This document shows, piece after piece, positions 35,566 through 48,600 of a DNA stretch of 64,000 nt. The first letter of the stretch is position 1; every line of letters starts with the position of its first letter. The notes under the pieces were generated by a model that saw nothing but the letters and a program-made list of their open reading frames with translations, was not told the origin of the DNA and searched no databases. The translations under genes and the position numbers were made by a program. This stretch comes from Okamejei kenojei (Eukaryota): positions 48,298,001 through 48,362,000 of the forward strand of contig CM069145.1 of assembly GCA_035221665.1 (NCBI GenBank), written 5' to 3'.

Positions 35566-38505
35566 GTAAGACGATGATGGCGTCAATTTTGCATTGATTT
35601 GTGCATCACATTTGCATTCCATGACACTTCAGAGAAACGTAGTCGGGCAACCGAGAGAGATCTCAGAATGGAAGGAAAGAACTAGAATAACTGGCCGAGC
35701 GTTTGATCAAGAACTTGTTGAGTTGGCTCAGTAGAGAGAAGTCTTGTCTAAATCCCCAATGTCCTGGATTCAAGTATCAACACAAAACAAGGCCTCTGAT
35801 TTAGATGGACATAATTTTGCGGTTCGAAGTGAGTGCAGGATCGCCCAGCTTATTTCGAATGGACTGGTAAACCAAGATCAAATTTTCCTCACCAACTGGA
35901 CAGTTTTCAAAGAAAAGGAAGGATATCTCCCAATTTCCAACAAACACCTGTCCATCAACCAATTTGGGTGTCAACAAGTCCATCTGTCCCATTGCTTTGA
36001 TTGCCGGGCCTTTACCACTAGATTTGGTGGTAGGACCTGCCCTGGAAGCAAGGGATGGGAAGCAGGTGGTCAGATGTACCAAAATCCAACTCTGGTTTGT
36101 TTCTATCTCAAAGAATTGAGCACAAATCTGGCCCATTGTAATGACTCCAATTTGATCATAGAGACACATCATATCGCCTGGAAACCGACCTTTTGGCCCA
36201 CTGAGTCCACACTGACCACCATGCACCTATTTCGACTAATTCAGTTTTTAAAAAAATGAATCGGCATATTCCCATCAACTCCTCCAATACCTCACCAATC
36301 ATATGCATGTGGCAACCTATGGTGGCCGACCATAACTATAACTAACCAGACTGCATGCCTTTGGGATGTGGGAGGAAATCGGTCCACCTGCAGCAAGCGA
36401 TCATGAGGAAAACGTGCAAACTTCACGCCAACAGCGCTGGAGGTCAGGATTAAACTCGTGTCGCTTGAGTTATGTGACAGCAGCTCTTCAAGCGGCACCA
36501 CAAAGCTGCCTCTGCCAATGTCACAGTTGTGAAGAAGTATCTTAAAGGAGGAAAGAAAGCGGGAGAGTGTTAGGGTTGGTAATACAAAGTTTAGAACCTC
36601 GAAGTTGAAGGCACGGCATAACGAGAGGAGAAGGGGTCCAACGAATGAGGACTACTAGTCAATTCACTTATTAGACTCTGATGTTCAGAGATAAGTATGA
36701 TGATTCTTAAATGCCAGTCCCCTATCCTCAGTTGAATGTAACAGTTATTGTATTTTTAAAAAATAGCAGGAGGTGGCGCAATGGTAGAGTTGCTGCCTTG
36801 CAGCACTTACAGTGCCAGAGACCCGGGTTGGACCCCAACTACGGGTGTTGTCTGTGTTTGTTCGTTCTCCCCGTGACTGGGTGGGGTTTTCTCCAGGAAG
36901 TTTGGTTTCCTCCCACACTCCAAATGCGAACGGGTTTGTAGGTTAATTGGCTTGGTATAAATGTAATTTGTCCCTAGTGTGTGTAGGACAGTGTTAATGT
37001 GCGGGGACCACAGGTCGTCGCAGACTCGGTGGGCCAAAGAGCCTGTTTGTTTCAGCACCGTATCTCGAAACTAAACCAATTTATATGCAGCAGCTAAATA
37101 GAAAACCCTTTTCCAATTGTACATTTGCACCTGACGTGTGGTACTTTGAGCCGATGAATCAATAGTCCTTAATGATAACCTCAATTTATCTTCAGTTATG
37201 GTGACCAATCCGATGCACATCACATTTATTACCCTAAGAATAGAAGAGTTGAATATCATATGAGAAATCAGCAAAGCAATAAAAATAGTGCTGATCATAC
37301 AGCAGAGGTAAAAGAGAGGAGAACCTTCATTTTTAATAAGGTGTTTGTGTCCTCAAAAGTGTTCTATATGGCTAATTAAATCTGCCTGGTCTGGTTAAAT
37401 TTTCAGCCTTGTGTTGAGAGGCAGCAGTGTCCCGTAATGTGATGATCCAGCTAATTTGTGATGGAAGAATGCCCACATTCTTTGAAAAGTAGCACTGGAT
37501 CATTGAAGGAAAACATGAGGCTTCAATTTAACATTTTATCAAAATGGCATTGCCACACTGAAGAGTCAAGAGTGTTTTATTATCGTATGTCCCAGACAGA
37601 GCAATGACATTCTTACTTGCAACAGCACAACAGATTATGTAAACATATCGCTCAGCTTTGCTGAGATCCTGGATTGCACGGGATGGGGCTTGTAGCAATG
37701 AAGCAAAGCGATATAACTCTGCTTTAGGCACTCAGTATCACCGTCATTAGCAATGCACTGGAATAAAAGTCGGGCTCACTTCCATTTTCCCATCGGCGGG
37801 CATCGATTTTAATTTCAAATGATTACGCAAAGTGCTGGAGTAACTCACCGGGTTTGGCAGCATCTCTGAAGAAGATGGATGGATGAAGTTTTCAGTTGGG
37901 ACACTCTGAAGAAATGCCCCGACCCAAGACATCATCTATCCTTGTTCTCCAGTGATGCTGCCTGATCTGCTGAGTTACTCCAGCGCTTTGTGTCTTGTTT
38001 TGTAAACCAGCACCTGGAGTCCCTTGTATCCTTCATTGCAAATGAGCTCCCTTGAATGCACCGGAGTGCTGTTCATCCAATTCCCATAAAACTATCCTTT
38101 CTGCTATTCTGCGTTATGCTGCTACGTACTGATGGCTTTTGTACCAGTGGATAAACCCCACTAGAATTGTTCTATTCTGGGAACAATAGAAACTGTTCAT
38201 CCCGATTACACATGGAACTCGTGCAGCCAACAGTACGGCCTTGCTGAAATGAAAGGCTAAAGACCAACCTGCTCACACCACCCAAACCCAATATAACGCC
38301 TGCTTCTGAATGATTTCCTGAAGTGCTTCTAAATGTTTTTAAACCATCTGAATGCGTGTTGCTGCCGATGCCATCGTGTGGTAGACACATACTTGGCACA
38401 CAAAAGCAAATGGGAAAGATTGGCAACTGCTTGGAATGTGGCTGTCCAGGCCAGAGAGGTCAACAGTGTTACCAGTTGTAAATTTAAAGCGGTTCTTGTT
38501 TCTAG

Positions 38506-38628
38506 GTCAGAGACAACAGCCAGGAACCCTGTGGTCGTCTCTCATTCCTCAAGGAACCAAAAACTTCCAAAGGATTACCACAAGCAGCTATCTGTAATCT
38601 GAACATAACTCTGCCGGCCCATAAAAAA
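38506..38628 (+). CDS. ANK3: ANK3 UPA exon ([41 protein letters not shown])
   Basis: tttctag acceptor, gtatgt donor at 38629, 123 nt, phase 0 to 0. Confidence 0.95.
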
Positions 38629-39067
38629 GTATGTGGAAAGATTAATAAACCGGTCTTCTGTTGGGGGAACCTAGATAAATGACCTAATTACCTACGGTTT
38701 TTTTTTTTGGAAAATACAAACACTAATTTCATTAAACGGACTGCGTTATTTTTACAAGTAATCATTAAAACATATTTTCTAGATTCTAGCATTGTTTTTT
38801 TACGGAGTTTTTTGTCCTGCTGGTAATTTGGAGGCAAAAGTTCCTGCAGTGTTTTCCATCATTTGTTGTGGATTTTTATGTTTGGTAAATGTGGAAATTG
38901 AGTTTAATTTCTGTTTTTGGTTTTGCTGGCTTTGGACTTCTTTTGATCTTGTGCTAATTGGCTTGCCTCTTGTACTCCCACTGAGTCCTTTTCATATCCT
39001 GACGTTTCTTTTCCCTGCTGTCTATTATAATACTCCTTGTCTCGACAATGCTCCTTGGGAACATAAG

Positions 39068-39094
39068 GAAGCCGAATCAGATCCAGACGAAGAG
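39068..39094 (+). CDS. ANK3: ANK3 27-nt microexon (EAESDPDEE)
   Basis: aag acceptor after an ~80-nt AG-free, pyrimidine-rich zone containing TGC motifs; gtaaag donor at 39095. Matches mammalian ETESDQDDE at the same position. Confidence 0.87.
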
Positions 39095-40453
39095 GTAAAG
39101 GAAAAATCTGATTATGTCTAAACTAGTTGATGACTATTAAGTTATTGCAGTGGACAATTTTTTTTTTTTTTTTTTGCAATTGGATCTTTTAACGATAATA
39201 GTTCACCTGATGTTTCTCGGGTTTAATTAACTTCACCAAACTTCCAAGGCCAAGTGCAATAGAACATAATGCATTTCTCAATTTGTACCAATTCTCGATG
39301 CAACTGGGAAATAAAGGTTTTGTAATTTTTTTTTGATCCTATTTAATTTTGCTGAGGGTTGAAGATAGTTGTTAGGATTTCTGAAATAGTTCAGTGGAGT
39401 CTTTATGTCCATCTGTGTGCTTTTGGACGTCTGGTACAATGCTTTATTACGTAATTGTGTTGTTAGCAGGGGAAGAAAGCCTTTAATTTGTATTGCTGAA
39501 AACTGGGTCAACTGCCATAGCTCAATAAATGCATCACAATGTGTCTGCTTGTGGTCGCAATATACATTCTGTGTATCTTATGCTGGAATAGGTCACTCTG
39601 CATCAGCCAAAATATCAATTGCCCCCTGCAATTTAATCAGCTTTGTATCCACCTCGTCCCCCCCACCACCCCACCAGCATTGTACACCAGAATGTTTATT
39701 GTAACCACATACTAAAAGCCACCAATTATAAAGTGCCTGAAATTTCCAAATTATAACGCACACTTGTACTAAAAATGTATTCATTTAGTAATCTGATTCC
39801 TGTGTACTTGTAGCTAAACGTTTTCACTTGTGTCGTATGTTGCGTGTTTGTGTTTACAACTTCCGTTCTTGCTGTCTTGTCCATACCGACCTCTCGTGAA
39901 TCCCAACGATGCAGTAGGGGAGCCCTTATCGATAGGACATAGGTTCACTTTCTAGTGAGTTGCTGGCATGTCAACTTGATTGCCTTCATTCGTTGGACTG
40001 TTAGATGCAGGAAGCAGGAGCAACCCCTTCCCGCTAACCTTTTAGCTGAGTTTGGCATCGTGAACTCCATGGTCTGTACCCTCTGCTCCTCCCAGCAGAG
40101 GGAGGAGGAATCGAGATAACGTCATAATGGTGACATTACTAAAGCCGGAAACAATAATTGAAAACAACTTGTAGCTTCCTTTTTAAAACATCCAGGATGG
40201 TGAGTGCAGTGTTTCTCTGCATTTCTATAACATGCATTTTTTTTAAAAAATAACATGTGCATTGAAAAATGGGAGAGGGTGAATCGACTTCTCGATCGAG
40301 ATCTTAAGCAGCATCGTGTTGGCTTGGTGGGGTGTGAATGTGCAAATACACTTTCGGATAAATTAATTAAAAACTTAAACGTAATACTCAGATGAAAAAA
40401 ACTTCAGTTTGCATGGAAAAAAAACAAATGTTAACAAACCTTTTTCCTTCCAG

Positions 40454-40538
40454 GTCGAGAGAACTTCTGATCGACGCCAATCTTTTGCATCTATGGCTTT
40501 ACGAAAGCGCTACAGCTATCTGGCAGAACCTGGAATGA
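40454..40538 (+). CDS. ANK3: ANK3 exon preceding the giant exon (VERTSDRRQSFASMALRKRYSYLAEPGM)
   Basis: ttccag acceptor, gtgagt donor at 40539, 85 nt, phase 0 to 1. The DRRQSFASxALRKRYSY motif is ANK3-specific. Confidence 0.95.
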
Positions 40539-41399
40539 GTGAGTCCACTCTCCATTAATCTCCCCGGACAATGTTTGTCTTCCTTGAGATTTATAAATTT
40601 AAAAATAAAATAAATTCCTACAACGTTTTACCATTGTTACCTGTTCAGGCACACAGCTGGAAAGCAAGAACTGGCTTTAATTTGCAAATCCGCTCCAGTT
40701 ACTTTTTATCATTTTGTTTATTTTCATTGCACACTTTTTAAAAATCAAAATGAGATATATATATATATATATATTTCATGTTGATTGTCATCCATTCTTA
40801 TATGATAGTTTCTCAATTCAGCTCCTTGAAAGTTGGAAAGGCAGCAAGAATTTCATTGTCCTATCTGGGACACATGACAATAAACTCTCTTGAAATTGTC
40901 CAGGTTGGGCAGGTGTTTAATAAAAGAATATTAAAATAACTGGTTTCGGCTAGCTATGACAAATTTAATGTGACTGTTCATTTTAAGATATCATCATGAA
41001 AGCAGTCAATAGGAAAATTGAAACAAAATAATACATTTTCAAAGCACCTTTCATGAATTTGGCACGTCTCGATGTGTTTTCTAACCATGTAATTACTTGG
41101 TCTAATCACTGTTGCGTTTTAGGGACTTGACCAGCTAACTGGATCCTTGTATTTGGCGACAGCATTGCACATAAATTAGAATATGATGTGTAGGAAGGAA
41201 CTGCAGATGCTGGTTTACACCGAAAATAGACACAAAATGCTTGGGTAACTCAGCGGCTCAGGCAGCATCTCCGGAGAAAAGGAATAGGTGCCATTTCAGG
41301 TCAAAACCCTTCTTCAGGCCGAGAGTCGGGGGAGAGGGAAATGAGAGATACGGAAAGGTACATAGAAAAAATGAACGAAAGGCACACAAAAAAAACAAG

Positions 41400-44385
41400 T
41401 CAATGGACAATAGGTGCAGGAGTAGGCCATTCGGCCCTTTGAGCCAGTACCGCCATTCAATGTGATCATCCCCAATCAGTACCCCGTTCCTGCCTTTTCT
41501 CCGTATCCCCTGACTCCACTATCTTTAAGAGCCCTATCTCACTCTCTCTTGAAAGTATCCAGAGAACCAGCCTCCATCACCGTCTGAGCCAGAGAATTCC
41601 ACTCTCTGTGAGGAAGAAGTATTTCCTTGTTTCCGTTCTAAATGGCTTATCCCTTATTCTTAAACTGTGGCCCCTAGTTCTGTACTCCCTCAAGACATGT
41701 TTCCTGCCTCTAGCGTGTCCAAACCCTTAATCTTATATGTTTCAATAAAATCCCCTCTCATCCTTCTAAACTCCAGAGTATACAAGCTCCATTCTCTCAG
41801 CATATGACAGTCCCGCCATCCTGGGAATTAATCTTGTAAACCTACGCTGCACTCCCTCAATAGCAAGAATGTCCTTTCTCAAATTAGGGGACCAAAACTT
41901 CACACAATACTCCAGGTGTGGTCTCACTAGGGTCCTGTACAACTACAGAAGGACCTCTTTGCTCCTGTACTCAACTCCTCTTGTTATAAAGGCTAACATG
42001 CCATTCACTTTCTTCACTGCTTGCTGTACCTGCATGCTTACTTTCATTGACTGATGAACAAGGACCCCCCCCCAGATCCTGTTGTACTTCCCCTTTTTCC
42101 AACTTGACACCATTTACATAGTAATCTGCCTTCTTGTTTTAGCTACCAAAGTGGATAACCTCAGGTTTATCCTCATTAAACTGCATCTGCCATGCATCTG
42201 CCCACTCTCCCAACCTGTCCAAGTCACCCTGCATTCTCATAGCATCGTCCTCACAGTTCACACTGCCACCCAGCTGTGTGTCATCTGCAAATTTGCTAAT
42301 GTTACTTTGAATCCCTTCATCTAAATCATTGATGTATATTGTCAATAGCTGTAGTCCCAGCACCGAGCCTTGCGATACCACACTAGTCACTGCCTGCCGT
42401 TCTGATCTGTTAATTCCTACTCTTTTGTTTCCTGTTCTCCAACCAATTTTCTATCCATGTCAGCACTCTACTCCCAATACCATGTGCCCTAATTTTGCCC
42501 ACAAGTCTCCCATGTGGGACCTTATCAATTGCTTTCTGAAAGTCCAGGTACACTACATCCACTAGCTCTCCCATGTCCATTTTCCTAGGAAGATTAGTCC
42601 ATGATTTCCCCTTCGTAAATCCATGCTGACTCGGACCGATCCTGTTACTGCTATCCAAATGTGCGGTTATTTCATCTTTTATAATTGACTCCAGCATCCC
42701 CACCACCAATGTCAGGCTAACTGATCTATAATTCCCTGTTTTCTCTCTCCCGCCTTTCTTAAAAGGTGGGATAACATTAGCTACCCTCCAATACACAGGA
42801 AGTGATCCTGAATCTATTGAACATTGGAAAATTATCACCAATGCATTCACAATTTCTAGAGCCATTTCCCTAAGTACCCTGGGATGCAGACCATCAGGCC
42901 CTGGGGATTTATCAGCCTTCAGTCCCATCAGTCTAACCGACACTATTTCCTGCCTAATGTGGATTTCCTTCAGTTCCTCCATTACCTCAGATCCTCTGGC
43001 CGCTAGTATATCAGAAAGATTGTTTGTGTCCTCCTTAGTGAATACAGATCCATAGTACCTGTTCAACTCATCTGCCATTTCCTTGTTCCCCATAATAAAT
43101 TCGCCTTTTTCAGTCTTCAAGGGTCCAACTTTGGACTTAACTATTTTTTTCCTCTTCACATACCTAAAGAAGCTTTTACTATCCTTCTTGGCTAGCTTAC
43201 CTCATCTTTTCTCCCCGTATTGCCTTTTTAGTTATCTTCTGTTGCTCTTTAACAATTATCCAATCCTCTTGCTTCCTGCTCATCTTTGCTGCGTTGCACT
43301 TCTCTTTTATTTTTATACGGTCCCTGACATCCCTTGTCAGCTATGGTCGCCCCTTACTCCCCTTGGAATCTTTCTTCCTCTTTGGCATGTACTAATCCTG
43401 CACCTTCTGTATTATTCCCAGAAATACCTGCCATTGTTGTTCCATTGTCATCCCTGCTAGGGTATCTTTCCAGTCAACTTTGGCCAGCTCCTCCCTCATG
43501 GCTCCATAGTCCCCTTTATTCAACTGTAACACTGACACCTCCGATTTACCCTTCTCCCTCTCCAATTGTAGATTAAACTTGACCATATTATGGTCACTAC
43601 CTCCTAATGGCTCCTTAACCTCAAGTTCCTTTATCAAATCCGGTTCATTACGTAACACTAAATCCAGAATTGCCTTCTCCCTGGTAAGCTCCAATACAAG
43701 CTGCTCTAAGAATCCATCACAGAGGCACACCACAAACCCCCTTTCTTGGGATCCAGTGCCTGTGCTTCCACAACTCAAAAAAAAAAAAAAAAATCCCTTA
43801 AATAGAATCCCAAATCACAATTTTAGCTCCTGATTCAACTTGCACCCTATATCCAGACTACTGTTTGGGGGCCTGTAGATAAGTTCCATTATGGTCTTTT
43901 TACCCGTACAATTCCTTAGTTCTATCCATACTGACTCCACATCTCCTGTTTCAATGTTACCTCTCGCAAGGGACTGAATTTCATTCCTCACTAACAGAGC
44001 TACCCCACACCCTCTGCCCACCTGGCTGTCTTTTCGATGGGTATACCCTTGAATATTCCGTTCCCAGCCCTGGCCCTCGTGCAGCCATGTCTCTGTAATT
44101 CCCACAACATCATACTTGCCAATTTCTAACTGAGCCTCAAGCTCGTCCACTTTATTTCTTATACTTTGCGCTTTCATATATAACACTTTGACCTCCGTAT
44201 TCACCTCCCCTCTTGCACCGCTCGCAATTGGCCCTGACCTTACTCCGTTGTCCCCTCTTGAAATTTCCTTCCCATTAATTTGAGAGTCATTTGGAACTTT
44301 TCCCGTACTCCCTTCTTTATACTCCATCTTTATACTCCCAATTTGTCAATCCCCCCCCCACTATTTAGTTTAAACCCACACGTGT
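41400..44385 (-). mobile_element. Degenerate CR1-clade LINE (end of ORF1, APE endonuclease and RT of ORF2), nested in a Penelope-derived repeat
   Basis: Fragments GITETWL (APE), PLGGSDHNMV, KSPGPDGLHPRVL, YLDFQKAIDKVPH, QGSVLG...SKFADDT (RT); multiple frameshifts; CR1 3' tail at ~41405. Boundaries approximate. Confidence 0.92.
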
Positions 44386-45538
44386 TTAAAAGTCAAAGCC
44401 AGCAGCGATGATCAAGGAATGGAGGAGCCCACTATGGTTCATCGTTGGCTTTGAAGAAGGTGATGACCAGAAATGTTACCTATCCCTTTTCTCCAGAGAT
44501 GCTAACTGACGCGCTGAGTTAGTCCAGCTTTTTGTGTCTAATTGGAATATGATGTTGACCAATTAATTAACAGTGACCTTTGATTTAAGAATTAAAGTAT
44601 GTTAGGATGATCTCGCTTACTCTGTTTCAAACTAATCACTCGCATCAATTTGATGGGGTGGCAAGAGTTGGTTTAAATCTTAAATGAAGGGCATTACAAT
44701 GAATGGCGGTGCTGGCTCGAAGGGCCGAATGGCCTCCTCCTGCACCTATTTTCTATGTAACTCTTGATATAACTCACTGGCTGCTGCCTTGGTCCATTGG
44801 CTTTGGGTTTTGTTTCAAAATTGAAATGTAACTTAGCGCCAACACTTCTTAATTCGGAGAGAGAGGAAGCGAGAGGCGGTGGACGACATAGTCTGGTCAT
44901 TTTCAAACTGGTTGTGAGGCTGTAATTTGAGAGGACTTTTAAATCGCGCTGTTGCACATGGAAGTCTTGACGACAGTCAGTGTTGGCGCTGTGTCATGTT
45001 GACTCACGACAGATGAATTTGTTGGCACCACTTCTGTTGCCGCAGAGTTTCCACATCAAGTGACATCTACTGAATATTATTGTGGGTTTAAGACTAATTG
45101 ATTCCTCTAATTCTTTTACCATACACATCAATTGATATTAGAGATATGTTTGAATAGTAATAACAGTGTATAAGTTGAAATCGTTTTCCAAATTCTCCCC
45201 CTGGTGGCATGCATAGCAGAACTGGTAGATTTTGCTATTACACCAGTCGTATGGTGAAAAATACATCTAAAACTCTCGTTTGTGTTTCACACCATTTGTT
45301 TCATGTTTGTGTTTTGTTTGTCTTTTCGACCCCATTTTTTGTCTTTTGATTTAATTTTTCAGCATCGTTTCATTTGCCGCTTTGATTGCTTTGCAGTTCG
45401 TCAGCTGTCACACAAGTGAAGAGACGCGAATGAAAATATTTGTTTTGAAGCAAGCTGGTCAATAATCACTGTTCTCACTGAATTTAACCTGCATCTTTTT
45501 AAACAATTTGTACTGTCTTCTGACTGTTTAACCAGGTT

Positions 45539-45671
45539 TACTGACTCATTTCTCTTTTCTCTGGTCTCCCCATTCCCTTAATTTGTCCTGTTGAATTTTT
45601 TTTTAATTTTGGATTTTATTTTTGGATTTTTTTTCTTTTTTACATTTGGATTTCATTTTGGAATTTTTAAG
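45539..45671 (+). promoter_or_regulatory. Distant branch point and extended AG-exclusion zone of the giant-exon acceptor
   Basis: TACTGAC at 45539-45545; no AG between 45536 and 45669; U-rich tract with four TTTGGA units; AAG acceptor. Confidence 0.6.
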
Positions 45672-48600
45672 AAATCATTGAGCGAAGTACAGGAACCACC
45701 AGGACTGTTCCCGCACCATACTCGTACAAGCCAGTCTTTTCAACAAGGCCCTTCCAGTCGTGGGCTACAGCCCCCATTTCAGTAGCTGGACAAGCAAAAT
45801 CTGGGATCACCTCTCTTTCAAGTTCGACGTCCAACACGCCTACCGCCTCCCCGCTAAAGTCAATTTGGTCTGTTTCTTCCGCTTCACCCATCAGATCAAC
45901 CTTAGGAGCTTCCACGACTTCCTCAGTAAGATCCATGAGTGATTTAGCATCTCCAATTAGATCATTTAAGTCCACATCTTCACCTATAAAAACTGTGGTG
46001 ACGCAGACTCAGTACTCTGTTAAATCTTCCTCTGCTTTGATTTCTTCACCAGTGAAAGCGTCAGTAATGCCTGAATCTTCTGTAAAAGGACTAACCTCGT
46101 CATTGTTTTCCTCACGGCTGTCGCCAGCATCGACGGCAGGCTCGCTGCTGGAGAGATCGTCCATCACCATGACCCCACCAGCCTCCCCCAAGGCCACCAT
46201 GAATATGTACTCCTCCACCTTGCCGTTCAAGTCCATAATCACCACGGCGCCCACGGTTCTGTCCTCCCCTTTGAAATCAATGTCGACGTCGGGGTCGTCT
46301 CTCGTTAAATCTGTTGTGGACGCAACCCAAGGATTGGCGCCCGCGTCCTTTTCTCCATCTAAGCTGGTCCCTTCGACGAACGGACAGGTCTCTGCGAACG
46401 GGTTGGCGTCGCCGATAAAGTATCCCTCGGCGGCGGCTTTCTTCAACAGCCAAGCGTCTGCTTCGTCTCCCGAAAAGGCCCCGGCCGCCATTCTGGCCAA
46501 CAACTGCGCCCTGGCCGTGCAGAGCGCAGCGGAGAAGGCCCACGCAACCAGCAGCGGAGTCACGTTCGCTCCGCTGAAATCCTTTGCCTCGCCAGCCCCC
46601 TCCACTTTCCAGACAATCAGATTGCCCTCCGCCGGCTCCTTGTACTCCTCACGGCCGTCATCCGTGACCACATCTGTGACCTCGCCGACTATCACCGTCC
46701 CTGTGTACTCTGTTGTCAATGTGTTATCTGAACCGCAGCTGAAGAGACTCTCTGAGACCACATCATTAACCAAGTCAGCCGCTGCATTGTTATCTCCCAT
46801 AAAATCCTTGACGACGGAGTCTCGAACACAAGCACAGTCTCACTTTACCAAGACTATGTCCCCGTTGAAGACCTCCCTGTTCCTTGCACCTTCCGCACTG
46901 AAGCTGTCATCTGCCTCCTCTCTGTCTTCGAGCCAGGAAATTTTGAAGGACGTGGCTGAGATGAAGGAGGACTTGATGAAGATGACGGCCATCCTGCAAA
47001 CAGACTCGGCAAGCGACAAGGCCTTCCAGTCGGAAGCCTCTGCAAAAGGAGGGAAGAGTGAGGATGACAGCGAGGAGCCGTTCAAGCTTGTGGAGAAGGT
47101 GAAGGAAGACCTGGTGAAAGTCAGCGAGATCCTTCAGAAGGATGGGCTGACGGAGAATAAGAATGGCGTTAAAGTAGCTCAGAAGAATGGGGAGCTTTCG
47201 GGTGAAGGCGAATGGGTTATGTTCGACTGTGATGACATTGAGGAGGCAAAGCAGAAGGCGAGCGAGCACTTTGGCACTTTTGTCCCAATGAAAGTGAAGC
47301 ACGGCGGAGAGAAGGACTTCAGTTTGGCAAGAGTCGTTGACTATTTGACGAACGATCTTGGAATTGACACACTGGGAAAGATGAGCGATAGTAAATATCG
47401 CCAAGCTGATATCAAAAAGGAAGGGGACGACAAGATGTTCTCCAAGAGGGCTCATAAGCCAACAATGCCTTTGCCAGAACATAAACTGAAGATGCCGCCA
47501 CCTTCCATGCGGTCATCCGCTTCAGAAAAAGAACTGAGCAAGCTTGCCGACGCCTTGATGGCAACAGAAGCTATTCTGGAGTCACCCGATGATTTTTCTC
47601 AACACGATCAGGACAAGAGTCCTCTGTCAGACAGTGGGTTTGAGACCAGGAGTGAAAAGACACCTTCTGCCCCGCAAAGTGCAGAGAGCACTGGGCCCAA
47701 GCCTCTCTTCCAAGATGTCCCCATACCTCCAGTCATTACAGAAACTCGTACGGAGGTAGTCCGTGTTATCAGAAGCTACGAGCCGTCGTTAGAGGAAATG
47801 CAGGAGTCTAAAGTCGAAGGGTTGGCTCCATTGCAAAATGTCGACATGTTCTCCGAAGGGGAGGATAAACCGATTGGGTCCATCAAAGACAAGATGAAAG
47901 CCTTCCAGATTAAAATGAAATCTGAGGACGAGGACAGTAAGTGCCTGAAGAGCAAAGAAGTGCGCGTTAAGGAAGAGACTCAGATCACGACCACCACGAG
48001 GATGGTTTACCACTCGCCTCCCTGCATGGAAAGCAAAACAAGTGAAAGGATAGAAGAAACCATGTCCGTTCGCGACATTATGAAGGCTTTTCAATCGGGT
48101 CGCGACCCATCCAAAGAATTGGCCGGCCTGTTTGAGCACAAGTCGACGTCGGTCTCTCCAGAGTGCAGCAAGGCTGGGGAAGCAATGTCGTGTTATCGTG
48201 ACAAAGACTCCAACTGCAAACCAAAGGTGGAACGGACGTTTGAGTTTCACATTGAAAAGGGGAATAAAGTGGACCCTACCGAGGTCATTATAAGGGAGAC
48301 GAAAAAGCACCCGGAGAGGGAACTGTTTGTTTATCAGAGAGATTTCCTGGGGGAGAGCGAGGCCAAAGTGTTACCCGAGAGGTTTGATGCTAGTCAGGAT
48401 GAGCAGGCTCAGCGGGATGACGAGGAGCTGACGGCCGAAGAGTCTCTTCCATCCTGCATGGAGTCGTCGAGAGTGAACACGCCCGTGTCGCAGGACGACG
48501 AGAGCCGGCCCAGCTCGGCGCAGCTCATCTCCGACGACTCGTACAAGGCGCTGAAGCTGCTCACACAGCAGTCTGTCGAGTACCACGACGACGAGTACTT

